In this document: one piece after another, positions 16,176 through 26,620 of the stretch
How the letters are laid out: every line of letters starts with the position of its first letter
Position numbering within the stretch: position 1 is the stretch's first letter
Sequence record: MW812342.1
Length of the DNA: 64,000 bases
Reading direction: 5' to 3' (one strand)
Made by a program: the position numbers and the translations under genes
Notes under the pieces: model-generated
Seen by the model: only the letters and a program-made list of their open reading frames with translations
Told to the model about the DNA's origin: nothing
Database searches by the model: none

Positions 16176-17381
16176 TTATCGTGAACCCGCTTCGGCCTGT
16201 ACGTCGTCGCGAGAAGTCAGGCTGCTGTTGACGTGTACCGCCGCCTGAACCACACCACCATATTGCTTGTGGAGATAGTTCGGGTGTGGGTTATCCGCGT
16301 TAACGTGGTTCTGGAGATTCTGCGACAGGGTGTTGATGGAGTTCTGCAACCCAGCAACTTGCTGTTTCAGTGCATTGAGCTGACCAGAGAGATCCTGAAT
16401 CTGCTGCTGCGTGTCGGAACCGGCGGCTTCCAAATCACTGATGCGCTGCTTGAGCCCATTGATGACTTGGTTTTGGTCGTTAACCATCTTCTGGAGTTGC
16501 AACACCAGAGAGTTCAGGTCAGCCTGTTGCAGAGCTGCCTTTTGGTAGTTCAACGCCACCGAGTTCAGCTGGTCGTTCCACGAACCGAGCGCATTGACCA
16601 CGGCGTCAATACGTGCCCCGAGAGCCGTGTCCGCTGCTTTCAAATTACCAATGTCCGCGAGGACAGCGTTGATGGCAGTCTGGACGGTTTGAATCAGCGC
16701 GCGGATTTCAGTTTCAGTGAGGCCATTCGCCTGATGAATGTCCAGTGCGTGAACGTTACCTTTGGCATCGATGTGCGATTGCAGCGCCGCCATCATCTGG
16801 GTTTGCATGTCAGTCATGGCTGCCAGAATCTGTTGGAGCTGAACTTCGTTACCGGAGTTAATCGCATCGGTCATCAACGCGAGCTGCGTGATGATGTATT
16901 CGAAACCAAACAGGTCGCCGAGGTCTTTAAAGGCCGGGGCGGCTGCAAAGGTATCCGGGACATTACGCAGGTCAGCAAAGTCAACTTTGCGGTCTTCAAG
17001 GTTGGCATCAGCCAACGCCTGTTTAATCGCAGAGATAACCGCCGACTGTGGCCCACCGACAACCTGTGCAAGACAGACGATGTCGGTTGGAATGGCCGGG
17101 TTAGTGACGACCACACCCATACAAATTTCGCGGTTCTTAGCGAGCTTCATGTACGCAGGGTGAATGTAAATCAGCTCGTAGTCGGTACCGCGTTTATAGA
17201 TGGTGTTGGGTTGGTTGGCAGGCCGCATACGGAACGTATCCGCAAAGAACGGCCCTGCTGGGAAAGCGAACGCACGGTTGACCTTCCCCCCACCTAACAC
17301 AACCGGGACATTGACCGCGTTACTGGACGCAGCCCCTGTCAGGTCAAGTGGGTATTGAAATAGAATATCTGGCATGGCCAA
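16176..17381 (-). CDS. Virion structural/tail-fibre-like protein with a long coiled coil
   Basis: 401 aa. It has the N-terminal Y.LD.TG...N / P.GPFF module shared with the giant fibres, a heptad-rich C-terminal half and H...NPH motifs. Confidence 0.7.
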   Translation of the reverse strand: MAMPDILFQYPLDLTGAASSNAVNVPVVLGGGKVNRAFAFPAGPFFADTFRMRPANQPNTIYKRGTDYELIYIHPAYMKLAKNREICMGVVVTNPAIPTDIVCLAQVVGGPQSAVISAIKQALADANLEDRKVDFADLRNVPDTFAAAPAFKDLGDLFGFEYIITQLALMTDAINSGNEVQLQQILAAMTDMQTQMMAALQSHIDAKGNVHALDIHQANGLTETEIRALIQTVQTAINAVLADIGNLKAADTALGARIDAVVNALGSWNDQLNSVALNYQKAALQQADLNSLVLQLQKMVNDQNQVINGLKQRISDLEAAGSDTQQQIQDLSGQLNALKQQVAGLQNSINTLSQNLQNHVNADNPHPNYLHKQYGGVVQAAVHVNSSLTSRDDVQAEAGSR

Positions 17382-17422
17382 ACTCCCTTAGTGAGACGTC
17401 CTTGTCTCGACGTGTTAGATGG

Positions 17423-20400
17423 TTACGGCAACTTAGGCATAAGATTGACCGTCAGTTTCGACGGGGTTACCGTTCCGCCATAAAAGTTGACGCCGTTACC
17501 GATGTACAACGCATTGTCCGCAATCATCACTGGGATGTGTTGGCTGAAGACAACGTCCCCATGCACAATCGGGAAATAGTCATCGATGGAAACCCCCGCA
17601 GGCATCGCAACTTTATAAACTTCCAGCACACCGCCGGTGATGCGGGCAACGGAACCGCTTACGTTCGTTGCAGCACGAATCCCCACGGTGGACGCGTCAG
17701 AGGTATAGAACACTGTCGCTGTGCCGTTATCCACGTTTGCGATGCTGAACGCGGCGAAGGAAGCAGCTTGTCCACCGGTGATGCCATCAAACACAAACGT
17801 GTTTTTGACACCGACTTCCGCCTGAAGCGTGACTTCTGCCAATTGAGAAGAGACCCTCGTGGTGACGCCGAGGTTCGCGTTGGTAAATCCGATGGTGCCG
17901 GAACCCAACGTGTAACCCGGTTTCAGTTTGATTTTCACCGTCGGGGTCGACGGCGTCACTTCCACGATCATTCTCCATGCAATCGAATTGACAGCCGACA
18001 TCCCCGGTATACCCACTGAGTACCCGTTATCCACGTCTGAAACTTGACCAACATTGGCCCCTTTCATCGTGAACTTCTTGTAGTCTTTAGGTAAGGTAGA
18101 TGTCAGTGCATCGCGAAACAGCTCGATGGGCACCTTGTGACTTTGTGCAGCAAAGACGCCGCCAATCAACGAGACATCCAGATAACCGCCAGCGGTGGCC
18201 GCAGGTGCAGCAAGCGGTTGTTTACGCAGCAGGCCCAGACGAGAAAGGCGCGCTTCACTGTCCACATTCACATCGTGACTGTATACGGTTTCGGCGTGCT
18301 CCGTCAGCTGCTTCAATTCACCGAGGCGTTTCACTTTCGTGAACTCACTCGACAGAATACGCTGACTGTCTGTTACCACCGTCCCGATGAACAACCGGGT
18401 ACTGGTATCTGGCAGGCGTTCGGTCAGCAGCTGGTATTCCGGCTTCCCGTTGACTACCGCAGCGTGCATGTAGAACGTGCGGTTTTGATACGCACCGGGG
18501 AACAACGTCTTAATGTTCTGGTTGTACGCATCCAACGTGTAATAGTCGGAGCCGAACCGTAAGCTCTCCGACTCGGTGATGTACAACTCCCACCCTTCGG
18601 CTGTTTTTACCCCGGCCACAATCTCGAACGGTCGAGCGGTCGGTACCCATCCCGGCACATTGGCCATGTACTCCTCAGGAGTCGCGGCTGGGCCAGCAAG
18701 GTAGGCCGGTGAGACGTAGGCTTGGTTTGTACGAGCAAGCTTATTACCGACAATCGTCAACTGCGTCGGGTTGTAGTAATACGCTGAACTCAACATCGTC
18801 GCACCAGTCTTAACGAGCTTCGACCCGTTTAAGGAGAAGATCATCTCAAAATGCTTCGACCCCGCGCCCCCAACCACGTTGTACTGATACACGTTTGGCA
18901 AATGCAGGAAGCCGGTACCATCACCTTTCTCGTAAAAGATAGGCTGCGTGTAACGTTGGTTGTGGTAGTGGTAGTACGTGATGCTCATTGCCGTAATAGA
19001 CGGCTCGGCAATGTTGACGCCGTACACCAAGTCGGTGGTGGTTATCGGGAAGGTTACTGTTGAACCCGACACGGTAGGGTAAATCTGGAACAGGTAGTAG
19101 TCGACGAAACGGCTGCTGTTGCGGTCACTCTTCACCGCCACCTGCACCAACCAAATTGGCTTGGCATCCTTCGGACGAATCGCCCACACCGAGAACTGTG
19201 GATCAGCCCCTGCGTTGATGTACTCGTTCGCGTATGCGTTTGCCGCCCCAGACGGTGCTTGTGACTTAATGGTGCTGATAAGCGTGTTCCAGTCGCTTTG
19301 GCTAATCGTCAGCACGTCAGCCGTTGGGCTGTCACCCACCGCTTGGTAGTTCTGACTGCCCGGCGCTGTCCAGTAAGCACCATGTGGTTTCCCGTTTTGC
19401 AGGGTACCGGATGCACACCACGTCATGTTCCCCAGCTTGTAATACTTCGCAAGGTCAAACGCGCGACGTACGTTAGACGGGCCTAACCCACCAAAGTCCG
19501 GCGAGTAGCGGGTGTTCGGGTCAGTCTCGACATAGACCGCGCTGGTCTCGGTAATCGGAGCCAGCAGGTAGGCGTTATTACCGAGGTATACCGCCCCACT
19601 GTACCCGACCTTCAACACCGACCCTACACCGCCGTCAAATACCCACAAATCCACCTGATTCATACCGTAGGCACTGTGGGCCTCCAGATGGTCAAACAGC
19701 GAACGGGTATCATCACCCACTTTGCAGCGGGCAATGCCTGTCTGCGTGGCAGCATCACCGGGGTCAAAGTACGTCCAGAAATACGGGCTGTCATCCGTGG
19801 GGTAAACGTGGGTACGGCTGTTGGCTTGGCCGTATGGCCATTTCGTCTGGAACCCTTTGGCGTGCAGCTCCTCCCCGGTGGCGAGATACAACCCATCAGC
19901 ATCAATCTTCAGTGGGAAAATCTCCGGGTTCTCCAGCGTGACTGCGAACGAATCCATATCGACCACATACGACGACGGCCACACGGTAAACGGATACGAC
20001 CCGTCGGCATTCGCCAAATAGATTGTACCGACCACACCCACACGCAAGGTCGCGTTTTTCAATGCGACACCGGCATGCGTCTGTGGACCATGTGCAATGT
20101 TACGCACCTGCCACTTTGCCAGCCCTGCTGCCGTCACTGTCGACAAACCGTTCGCCACCACCGTGGTGGAACCGGGGTCAATTGGTTGACGCAGGTTCAC
20201 AAAGACACCTTGACGGCTGCTACCACCGGTTAATGCCACAGAGGCAAACGTGATGGTTTTGTTGGCGTTGACCGTACCGACCAACATAAAGGTGCGGTAA
20301 TAGTTGTTGGTGATTTCCATACGCAGGATATACACCCGGTCTTTGTAGACCACAACATGATCCGTCGATTGGTTCGGGCTGTAGTTAAACGTAGAACCGG

Positions 20401-22444
20401 AGCCGGGCAGATCGGTTGGGAAGGTCGTCTGCCACACACGCAGGTGCTTCTTCTGGTTCAGCGTCCCGTCGAACATGACGGTGTAATAGTTGTTGTCTGT
20501 TCCCAGACACACCATCGCATCTTCGCCACACACGACGATCGCCACCAGAGCCACCCCAGGGTACGCACTCAAGCCTGCCGGTTGATAAACGTTCGAGGTT
20601 TGCTGGCGTTTAACCATTTTCCCCGCGCTGTCAATCGGAGCGTAAGAGTAATAGATGTGGTCCGTATTCGGTAAGCCGTCGTTGGCGTTCCGTAAGGCAT
20701 ACACCGTATCCCCTTCCTGCTTAATCACGCCCAGTGACTGTGCCGGACTATAACGCTTGGCAAACCCTGCGTAGTTTCCAACCGCCGGGATAGGCAGGTA
20801 GCCGGGATTACCGTAAGCTGCACCACCGGTCGTCCACGACGGCATCAGACCGTCCAGCACACCTTTGTACTCATTCAGGCGTTGCTGCACGTTGTAACCC
20901 TGCTTAGACGTCACCACTTTATCCGTGGTGGCATCAATCGCATCCCACAGCTGCAACAGACCCGCATCCGTATCGGACGCAGTTGGGACACCTGTCAGGT
21001 CAGCGAACGTGTGCGTGTGGTTAGCCAGCGCTTTATTTGCCAGCACTGCACGAATCGCGTTGGTCAGCGGTTTCTCAGCAGGTGCTGTGTTGTTGATGTT
21101 CCCCACACCCACATCCGCGGTCGTCAGGGTGAGGGATTGGGTGGTACCGTTATCAACGAACTTCTTCCCGTTAATGGTGTACGTGTTATCCACGTAATCG
21201 TCCAGTGTCTTTTTCAGGACGTTAACGGCGTACTGCGAAATCGCGGTACCGGAAGAGATGTTGGCAGACAGGTTGGTAATGGCAAACAGACCCGGCACCT
21301 TGTCGGTTGCGGTAGGCAGTTGCGCATTCATGGTCAATGGGGAAGACTGCTTAGCGGTACCGAACGCTTTGATGGTATCCGTTGAAGCAAAGTAGGCGTT
21401 CCCCGGTAGCAGTTTTACTTCAGACAGGTACAATGAGACCATATCCGGTGTAACTAAGTAGGCACCGTTAAAGATTGGTGCAACTGCGCCATTGAGCACA
21501 TACGCGGTGTTCAAACCGGAACCCAGCTCAACACCCACGCCCCGTTCATTGCTGTCTGCATCGGCAGTGATGTTAATGGCACGGGTGGTGGTGATAAGGA
21601 ACTTGTCACCTTGCAAGGTAATGACGTGGCTGGAGTCGGCGGTACGGAATGTCAGGGCACCGTTGTTCAGCACCTTGAGGCGACCACGCAGTTCGCCGAG
21701 TACCACCGGCATCAGGGTGTCGATGTGTGCCTGCTGAATGCCGTTTGTTTTCATGATGGCGACTAACTCGTCCAGCGTCTTACCGAACGCCTTCGTTGAG
21801 TCAATTGCCTTGGTCAATACTTTTAACGCCCCAATCTCATCAGCCGTGTACTGGTGTGCGTTTTTGATACGGTGGTGACTGTACAGGTTGTCATCGAAAA
21901 TCTTTTTACCGTTGGCAAAAATCAAATCGGTGACTCCGGTGTACGCCGCATCCATTTCCCCTGCGCGTTTAATCAAACCCTGACGGATGTCGTCCAGCGC
22001 TTTAACCACCTCGTCACGCAGCAATGCTTCGTCCAGGTTGGCAGGCGGGTCGATTGCAGGAATCACTGGCGCATAACGCATCAGTTCAGACCAGTCGGTG
22101 TTACGTGGGTCTTTGATGTCCTCTTTTACTAAGAACTTACCAATCTCGGTTTGTGGCACGCGGTATTCACGGCCAACGGAATAGATTGTGTAGTCAACGG
22201 AGGTGTCCCCGTTAATCAACATAATCCCGCCGTAGATTTGGTCTTTCATTGCGACAGCGGCTTCTTTGTAATAGTAGCCGAGGTAGTAATCCAGACCCTC
22301 AATAAGCTTTACGCCTGCGCTGTTCTTCAGCTCAAGCCCGGTACGGAAGAACGGCCCCTCAGGAGGGATGACCACATTGTATTTGTTCGGATACGTGGTC
22401 GTCAGTAGCGTACCGGTAAATTTGGCTACGTTCGTGCTCGCCAT
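17423..22444 (-). CDS. Giant tail-fibre-like virion protein 3
   Basis: 1673 aa; PPEGPFF N-terminus, fibre motifs (DVGVGNINNTA..KP, HTH, PTA...G) and a large beta-rich insert. Confidence 0.7.
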   Translation of the reverse strand: MASTNVAKFTGTLLTTTYPNKYNVVIPPEGPFFRTGLELKNSAGVKLIEGLDYYLGYYYKEAAVAMKDQIYGGIMLINGDTSVDYTIYSVGREYRVPQTEIGKFLVKEDIKDPRNTDWSELMRYAPVIPAIDPPANLDEALLRDEVVKALDDIRQGLIKRAGEMDAAYTGVTDLIFANGKKIFDDNLYSHHRIKNAHQYTADEIGALKVLTKAIDSTKAFGKTLDELVAIMKTNGIQQAHIDTLMPVVLGELRGRLKVLNNGALTFRTADSSHVITLQGDKFLITTTRAINITADADSNERGVGVELGSGLNTAYVLNGAVAPIFNGAYLVTPDMVSLYLSEVKLLPGNAYFASTDTIKAFGTAKQSSPLTMNAQLPTATDKVPGLFAITNLSANISSGTAISQYAVNVLKKTLDDYVDNTYTINGKKFVDNGTTQSLTLTTADVGVGNINNTAPAEKPLTNAIRAVLANKALANHTHTFADLTGVPTASDTDAGLLQLWDAIDATTDKVVTSKQGYNVQQRLNEYKGVLDGLMPSWTTGGAAYGNPGYLPIPAVGNYAGFAKRYSPAQSLGVIKQEGDTVYALRNANDGLPNTDHIYYSYAPIDSAGKMVKRQQTSNVYQPAGLSAYPGVALVAIVVCGEDAMVCLGTDNNYYTVMFDGTLNQKKHLRVWQTTFPTDLPGSGSTFNYSPNQSTDHVVVYKDRVYILRMEITNNYYRTFMLVGTVNANKTITFASVALTGGSSRQGVFVNLRQPIDPGSTTVVANGLSTVTAAGLAKWQVRNIAHGPQTHAGVALKNATLRVGVVGTIYLANADGSYPFTVWPSSYVVDMDSFAVTLENPEIFPLKIDADGLYLATGEELHAKGFQTKWPYGQANSRTHVYPTDDSPYFWTYFDPGDAATQTGIARCKVGDDTRSLFDHLEAHSAYGMNQVDLWVFDGGVGSVLKVGYSGAVYLGNNAYLLAPITETSAVYVETDPNTRYSPDFGGLGPSNVRRAFDLAKYYKLGNMTWCASGTLQNGKPHGAYWTAPGSQNYQAVGDSPTADVLTISQSDWNTLISTIKSQAPSGAANAYANEYINAGADPQFSVWAIRPKDAKPIWLVQVAVKSDRNSSRFVDYYLFQIYPTVSGSTVTFPITTTDLVYGVNIAEPSITAMSITYYHYHNQRYTQPIFYEKGDGTGFLHLPNVYQYNVVGGAGSKHFEMIFSLNGSKLVKTGATMLSSAYYYNPTQLTIVGNKLARTNQAYVSPAYLAGPAATPEEYMANVPGWVPTARPFEIVAGVKTAEGWELYITESESLRFGSDYYTLDAYNQNIKTLFPGAYQNRTFYMHAAVVNGKPEYQLLTERLPDTSTRLFIGTVVTDSQRILSSEFTKVKRLGELKQLTEHAETVYSHDVNVDSEARLSRLGLLRKQPLAAPAATAGGYLDVSLIGGVFAAQSHKVPIELFRDALTSTLPKDYKKFTMKGANVGQVSDVDNGYSVGIPGMSAVNSIAWRMIVEVTPSTPTVKIKLKPGYTLGSGTIGFTNANLGVTTRVSSQLAEVTLQAEVGVKNTFVFDGITGGQAASFAAFSIANVDNGTATVFYTSDASTVGIRAATNVSGSVARITGGVLEVYKVAMPAGVSIDDYFPIVHGDVVFSQHIPVMIADNALYIGNGVNFYGGTVTPSKLTVNLMPKLP

Positions 22445-22475
22445 GAAAAAACACTCCTACGTATTGATAAAAGGT

Positions 22476-22495
22476 TACCGCCCTTTCGGGCGGTA
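22476..22495 (-). terminator. Hairpin/terminator between fibre genes
   Basis: TACCGCCC-TTTC-GGGCGGTA (GAAA loop on the minus strand) followed by a short U-run. Confidence 0.55.
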
Positions 22496-22530
22496 GCTTG
22501 CGGGTAACACGCCCGCAAGCGTGCACCCCT

Positions 22531-25500
22531 TTATACCCACTGACCGAGGTCAGTTCCATCTGTCGTGCGTTCAGCGTCCATTTTATCCTGCAACACTTTC
22601 CACAACTTCGTGGTCATGTGCAGCGGGTTAATCCTTTTCGCTGTGTAGCGGTCAGCCACGAACCACATCGTATCCGCCACGGTAGCTTCCGTTATCGTGG
22701 TGAGCAATGTCCCGCCAGTATCGTAGAGTTCGTACGTGAACTCCAGCGTCAGCGGATCAGGTGTGTACCCCGGCAAGTAAGCCAGTTGGAGTTTTAACCC
22801 CCCGCGCCGTGCCGAGACCGGAACGCTGATTTCGCCCGCGACGGGTGAACCGTAGGCCACATTCACCACCTGTCCGCCGATAGCAATCTGACGTACCGCA
22901 TTGGCCGCTGAGCCTTTGACGATTTTCAGTTTTGCTACTTTGGAAGGTTGTGGCAGGTTGTAATCAAGCATCAACCCAGCGACAAGGAAGTTGGTGCCAT
23001 CGCTGCTGCCGTATTTCCCAAACCAGTTGCCGTTTGTAACAACAGAATGTGCCGATTGAAGCAGCGCATCCCGGTTAAACGCCAACGGCAGGTAACCTGC
23101 GTGTGATGCGTGGAATGAACGGCAACCCATCGGCACTAACTGGTATTCGGTGTACCGCATGTCCGGCGTGTACACGCCCGCAGGTAACACCACGGTCGCA
23201 TTCTTAACCGGTGTGCTCGGTAACACCCCAGAATCGGCGTAGGACTCGAACAGTGAACGCAGGTACTGGTATTTGTCTTCTGACATACCGATGCCGTCTA
23301 ACGGTGCAACTGAACCGAGCAATGTACAAGTGCTGGCACCCCCTGCGAGTGGCGGAAGTTCAAGCCCAACAAACCCGCCCATCAATCCACGAATGTCCAC
23401 ATCAAACTGAATATCGAGTTCATTAATGACGAGTGGCACATCATTGTCAGTTGGGTTGCCGGGGAAGAACACACTGAACACCGAAAGCTTGCGCAACGTG
23501 ACATTGTACGTGTACCGCACTGCCAATCGCGGAGAGCCCGCTTTCAGGCTCGTCAAGTCCATCACACCCAATACCGAGGCCGCTTCGTTCTTTCTGACCG
23601 ACGTGGTTTTGGAATAGAGCACGTTGGACTCAAATGTCGGAAGCGTTGCCAACACGGCAGCGTGGGAAACGATAGAGGTCGCGTATCCGTAGTCCGGCTC
23701 GGTTGCACCATCGAGTGGCACGCGCAGATAACGGTTACGGTAATCGGTACTCTCATTCCCCAACACCGGTGAAGCAAACAACAACGTTGGTATCGGATGA
23801 GTAAACAGGCCATTCGTCTGGTACTCATCGTACACCAACCCGCCTTGGAACGTCGCTGCACCACCCAGCTTTGGATTCGACGGGGTGTACCACCACTGGG
23901 GTGTCTGCTCCGTAGTCTCCAGCAGCATATACGCTTTGCGGGTGGTGCTGTTACGGGACATCTGCGCCAAGCCGTAGATATTGTCATACCCTGCTGACAT
24001 TTCGCCGTACATTGCTGACGGGGAATTAAAGCGGAGCTTGCCGATGGGTAACATCGTCGGGTTATCCGTCAGTACCCAGTCAAGGGCCACCGGGATATGT
24101 TGCTGCAAACTGGCAATGTGATCAGCCGCTTCGTTGGAGATCCCGTAATCGTGCATCTTCGGGAAACTGATGGTCGATGTAGCAATGCCACCCGCAGGCG
24201 CATCGACAACACCAATCAATGCCGTTTCCGGTGACACCTCATTGGTCAGTTGCGGCTCAGCACGGCTGTACATGGATTGTGTTACCATGTTCAGGTACAG
24301 GTAATGCCGGTTACCAAACGTCGGCGTCATGAACTCCCCGAGCTGGGCAATCGGCGTTCCGACGTCACTGCGGTAAATTGGCAGAGCCTCGTCGTACACC
24401 TCGAAGGCCATCGCTGCTGCCTTAGTCGGGTCGTTACAATCCGCACGAATCCCCAGACAGGCAGACTGCTTCGCAGAATTCACATCGACTTCCAAGAAGA
24501 ACGGTGAATTACCCGTACCCACTTGCTGACCGTCCAGATAGACCGTTACCTTACCACCTGCCACGATATACAGCCGCAGCGTGCCTGTGTACGATTTTAA
24601 GCGCAGTTTAGACAGCAGGGAGATAACGGACAGGTCACCCATCCCGTTGGCTTTCAGGCCGATTGGGACGGCTTTTAAAGCAAACTTCGGTTGGGACGAG
24701 ATACCAGTGAAGTCAAGGTTCGCCAAGACGTTTTTTACCGCAGGCGTCCAGTTACGCTCCATCGTGTTGTTCGGGCTGAACCAGTTGAACATCGGGGTGG
24801 TTTCGAGGTTAATCGAGCCACTCACTTTACCTTCCGCCCGGTCATTCCCCCGCAGATAGAAATACTGGAGGTCTTTGACTTGCAGAATCCGACCGGACGC
24901 AACCGACCACGTCGAGGCATCGATGATGGAAAAGTCTGTCGACACCCCGGACCTCACCGATTTCAACGCTGCACTAATCACATCCAAACGATCGCTCAGG
25001 CGTTTCAGGACATTCGGTGTCACACCTTTATTGGCGACCAGACCATCGTCCAAATTGGTATACCGACCCAGACCCTCGGTGAGGTTCGTTGCCAGCGGCA
25101 AGTTTAAGGACGCGAACGTGTGTTTGTGCCCTTTATCGCTTAGCCCATCCATCGCGGTAGACTGGTCAGCCGATACCGGTTTATCGAGGTCGGCGGTGTT
25201 ATCCGCTTGGCCCAGGCCGATGTCTGCTTTTGTCAACACGCGTGCACCGTCATCCATCGGTTTGGAGTTGAGCATGGTGGTTTTTGCCACGTAGCCCGAC
25301 GCCTTACCTTCGTACGGCTGCAACGAATCCGGGGTCGATGCAACACCCGTGGTTTCGTCACCCACACCGGATTTCAATACTGCGGTGCCTTTTACGGTAC
25401 CGGTAGCGGTGGGGAGTGACAGCGTGGCTTTGACCGGATCGGCTTTTGACCCTTTACCGGTTACCGAAATCCCCCCGCGGCCTTGGACGTAAATCTTCTG

Positions 25501-26610
25501 GTCATCCGGGTCACTGGTTTGCCCGCCGTCTGTCGGCTGATACTTCATCAGCAGCGTGGTGGTGAGCAGTACCTTCCCGTTCAGGGTCAGTTTGTCCATC
25601 CCCAAAACGTTACCAGAGGATTCAATACGCAGGGTGTTCGTCCCTGACGTCCACTCCATGAAACGGGTGGTGGGGTCATTGGCTTCATAACCCGCAGCCA
25701 GAATAACCGCACCGTTGCTTTTAATCGTAAAGGCGGTATCGGTAAACGTGATTTCCGATGTGCCACTTTTCGACTTGAACAGCGAACGGTTGGCCGCGAG
25801 TTGCTGAATAAAGACACCGGAAACATCTTTGCACGCCCACTTCTCGATATACTTATCGATATCGCTTTGCTGGAGCCCCAAGGCGCGGATTTCAGCCGTC
25901 AGGGTACGTAGGGTCTTCCCGTAAGCTAAGAACGTGTCTGGGGTCTTCAGGTTCGCAGGGTGCGCATTCGCTTGCGCGGGAGTCGTCCCGTGTGGGTTGT
26001 GTGCTGCGATGTGTGCCGGGTAGTTAAAGTTGGTGATCTCTTTGGCTAATCCGGCAACGGTGACTTTCAGGGCGGCAAGCTTTGCCTTAACGGCATCGTT
26101 CGCAGCCTCAGAGTCCAGTTCCACATCGTGCACCGCGGAGGCCACGTACTTTTTGTTCAGCAGGTCATGCCATGACGTGGCAGCCGGTTTAGGTGGGAAG
26201 AATGTCGGGCGATTGTCAACCTTAAACCAGTCTGCATCCACTGGGTTATTCAGGTATTTAATCAGTTCATCGAGAATGTCAATGAACGGCGAATAGAACG
26301 TATCCCCCAACGCTTGACCTACAAAGGTCAAAGACCCACCGATTTTCGGATTGATGAGATGGACACCGCACGCAACGGGTGTGGCGACCGACTCATTCAG
26401 TTCTGGCATCTGGTAGGTTATTTCATAATCGACCCCACGGGTAAGCGGGGTCGTACTGCCTGCCGCAGTCACCACTAAACTGACTTCGAAGAACGGGCGG
26501 TTTTTCAGAATCACCACCCGGTCATCGGCCTTATCGTTTGTGATGATGCGTTCTTCCGTGAACGCATTTGCGGGGCTAGTACCCTTCCAGTCGTAAGGAT
26601 ACGAAACCAT
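22531..26610 (-). CDS. Giant tail-fibre-like virion protein 2
   Basis: 1359 aa; YPYDWKG..N / RPFF N-terminus; HNPHG.T; DIGLGQADNTADLDKPVS; HKH. Confidence 0.7.
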   Translation of the reverse strand: MVSYPYDWKGTSPANAFTEERIITNDKADDRVVILKNRPFFEVSLVVTAAGSTTPLTRGVDYEITYQMPELNESVATPVACGVHLINPKIGGSLTFVGQALGDTFYSPFIDILDELIKYLNNPVDADWFKVDNRPTFFPPKPAATSWHDLLNKKYVASAVHDVELDSEAANDAVKAKLAALKVTVAGLAKEITNFNYPAHIAAHNPHGTTPAQANAHPANLKTPDTFLAYGKTLRTLTAEIRALGLQQSDIDKYIEKWACKDVSGVFIQQLAANRSLFKSKSGTSEITFTDTAFTIKSNGAVILAAGYEANDPTTRFMEWTSGTNTLRIESSGNVLGMDKLTLNGKVLLTTTLLMKYQPTDGGQTSDPDDQKIYVQGRGGISVTGKGSKADPVKATLSLPTATGTVKGTAVLKSGVGDETTGVASTPDSLQPYEGKASGYVAKTTMLNSKPMDDGARVLTKADIGLGQADNTADLDKPVSADQSTAMDGLSDKGHKHTFASLNLPLATNLTEGLGRYTNLDDGLVANKGVTPNVLKRLSDRLDVISAALKSVRSGVSTDFSIIDASTWSVASGRILQVKDLQYFYLRGNDRAEGKVSGSINLETTPMFNWFSPNNTMERNWTPAVKNVLANLDFTGISSQPKFALKAVPIGLKANGMGDLSVISLLSKLRLKSYTGTLRLYIVAGGKVTVYLDGQQVGTGNSPFFLEVDVNSAKQSACLGIRADCNDPTKAAAMAFEVYDEALPIYRSDVGTPIAQLGEFMTPTFGNRHYLYLNMVTQSMYSRAEPQLTNEVSPETALIGVVDAPAGGIATSTISFPKMHDYGISNEAADHIASLQQHIPVALDWVLTDNPTMLPIGKLRFNSPSAMYGEMSAGYDNIYGLAQMSRNSTTRKAYMLLETTEQTPQWWYTPSNPKLGGAATFQGGLVYDEYQTNGLFTHPIPTLLFASPVLGNESTDYRNRYLRVPLDGATEPDYGYATSIVSHAAVLATLPTFESNVLYSKTTSVRKNEAASVLGVMDLTSLKAGSPRLAVRYTYNVTLRKLSVFSVFFPGNPTDNDVPLVINELDIQFDVDIRGLMGGFVGLELPPLAGGASTCTLLGSVAPLDGIGMSEDKYQYLRSLFESYADSGVLPSTPVKNATVVLPAGVYTPDMRYTEYQLVPMGCRSFHASHAGYLPLAFNRDALLQSAHSVVTNGNWFGKYGSSDGTNFLVAGLMLDYNLPQPSKVAKLKIVKGSAANAVRQIAIGGQVVNVAYGSPVAGEISVPVSARRGGLKLQLAYLPGYTPDPLTLEFTYELYDTGGTLLTTITEATVADTMWFVADRYTAKRINPLHMTTKLWKVLQDKMDAERTTDGTDLGQWV

Positions 26611-26620
26611 TTGCTTCTCC

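Noticed and set aside
16233-17297. 354-aa plus-strand ORF antisense to the coiled-coil fibre gene
   Set aside because: It is an antisense shadow with no SD or recognisable motifs. The minus-strand protein shares family motifs with the neighbouring fibres.
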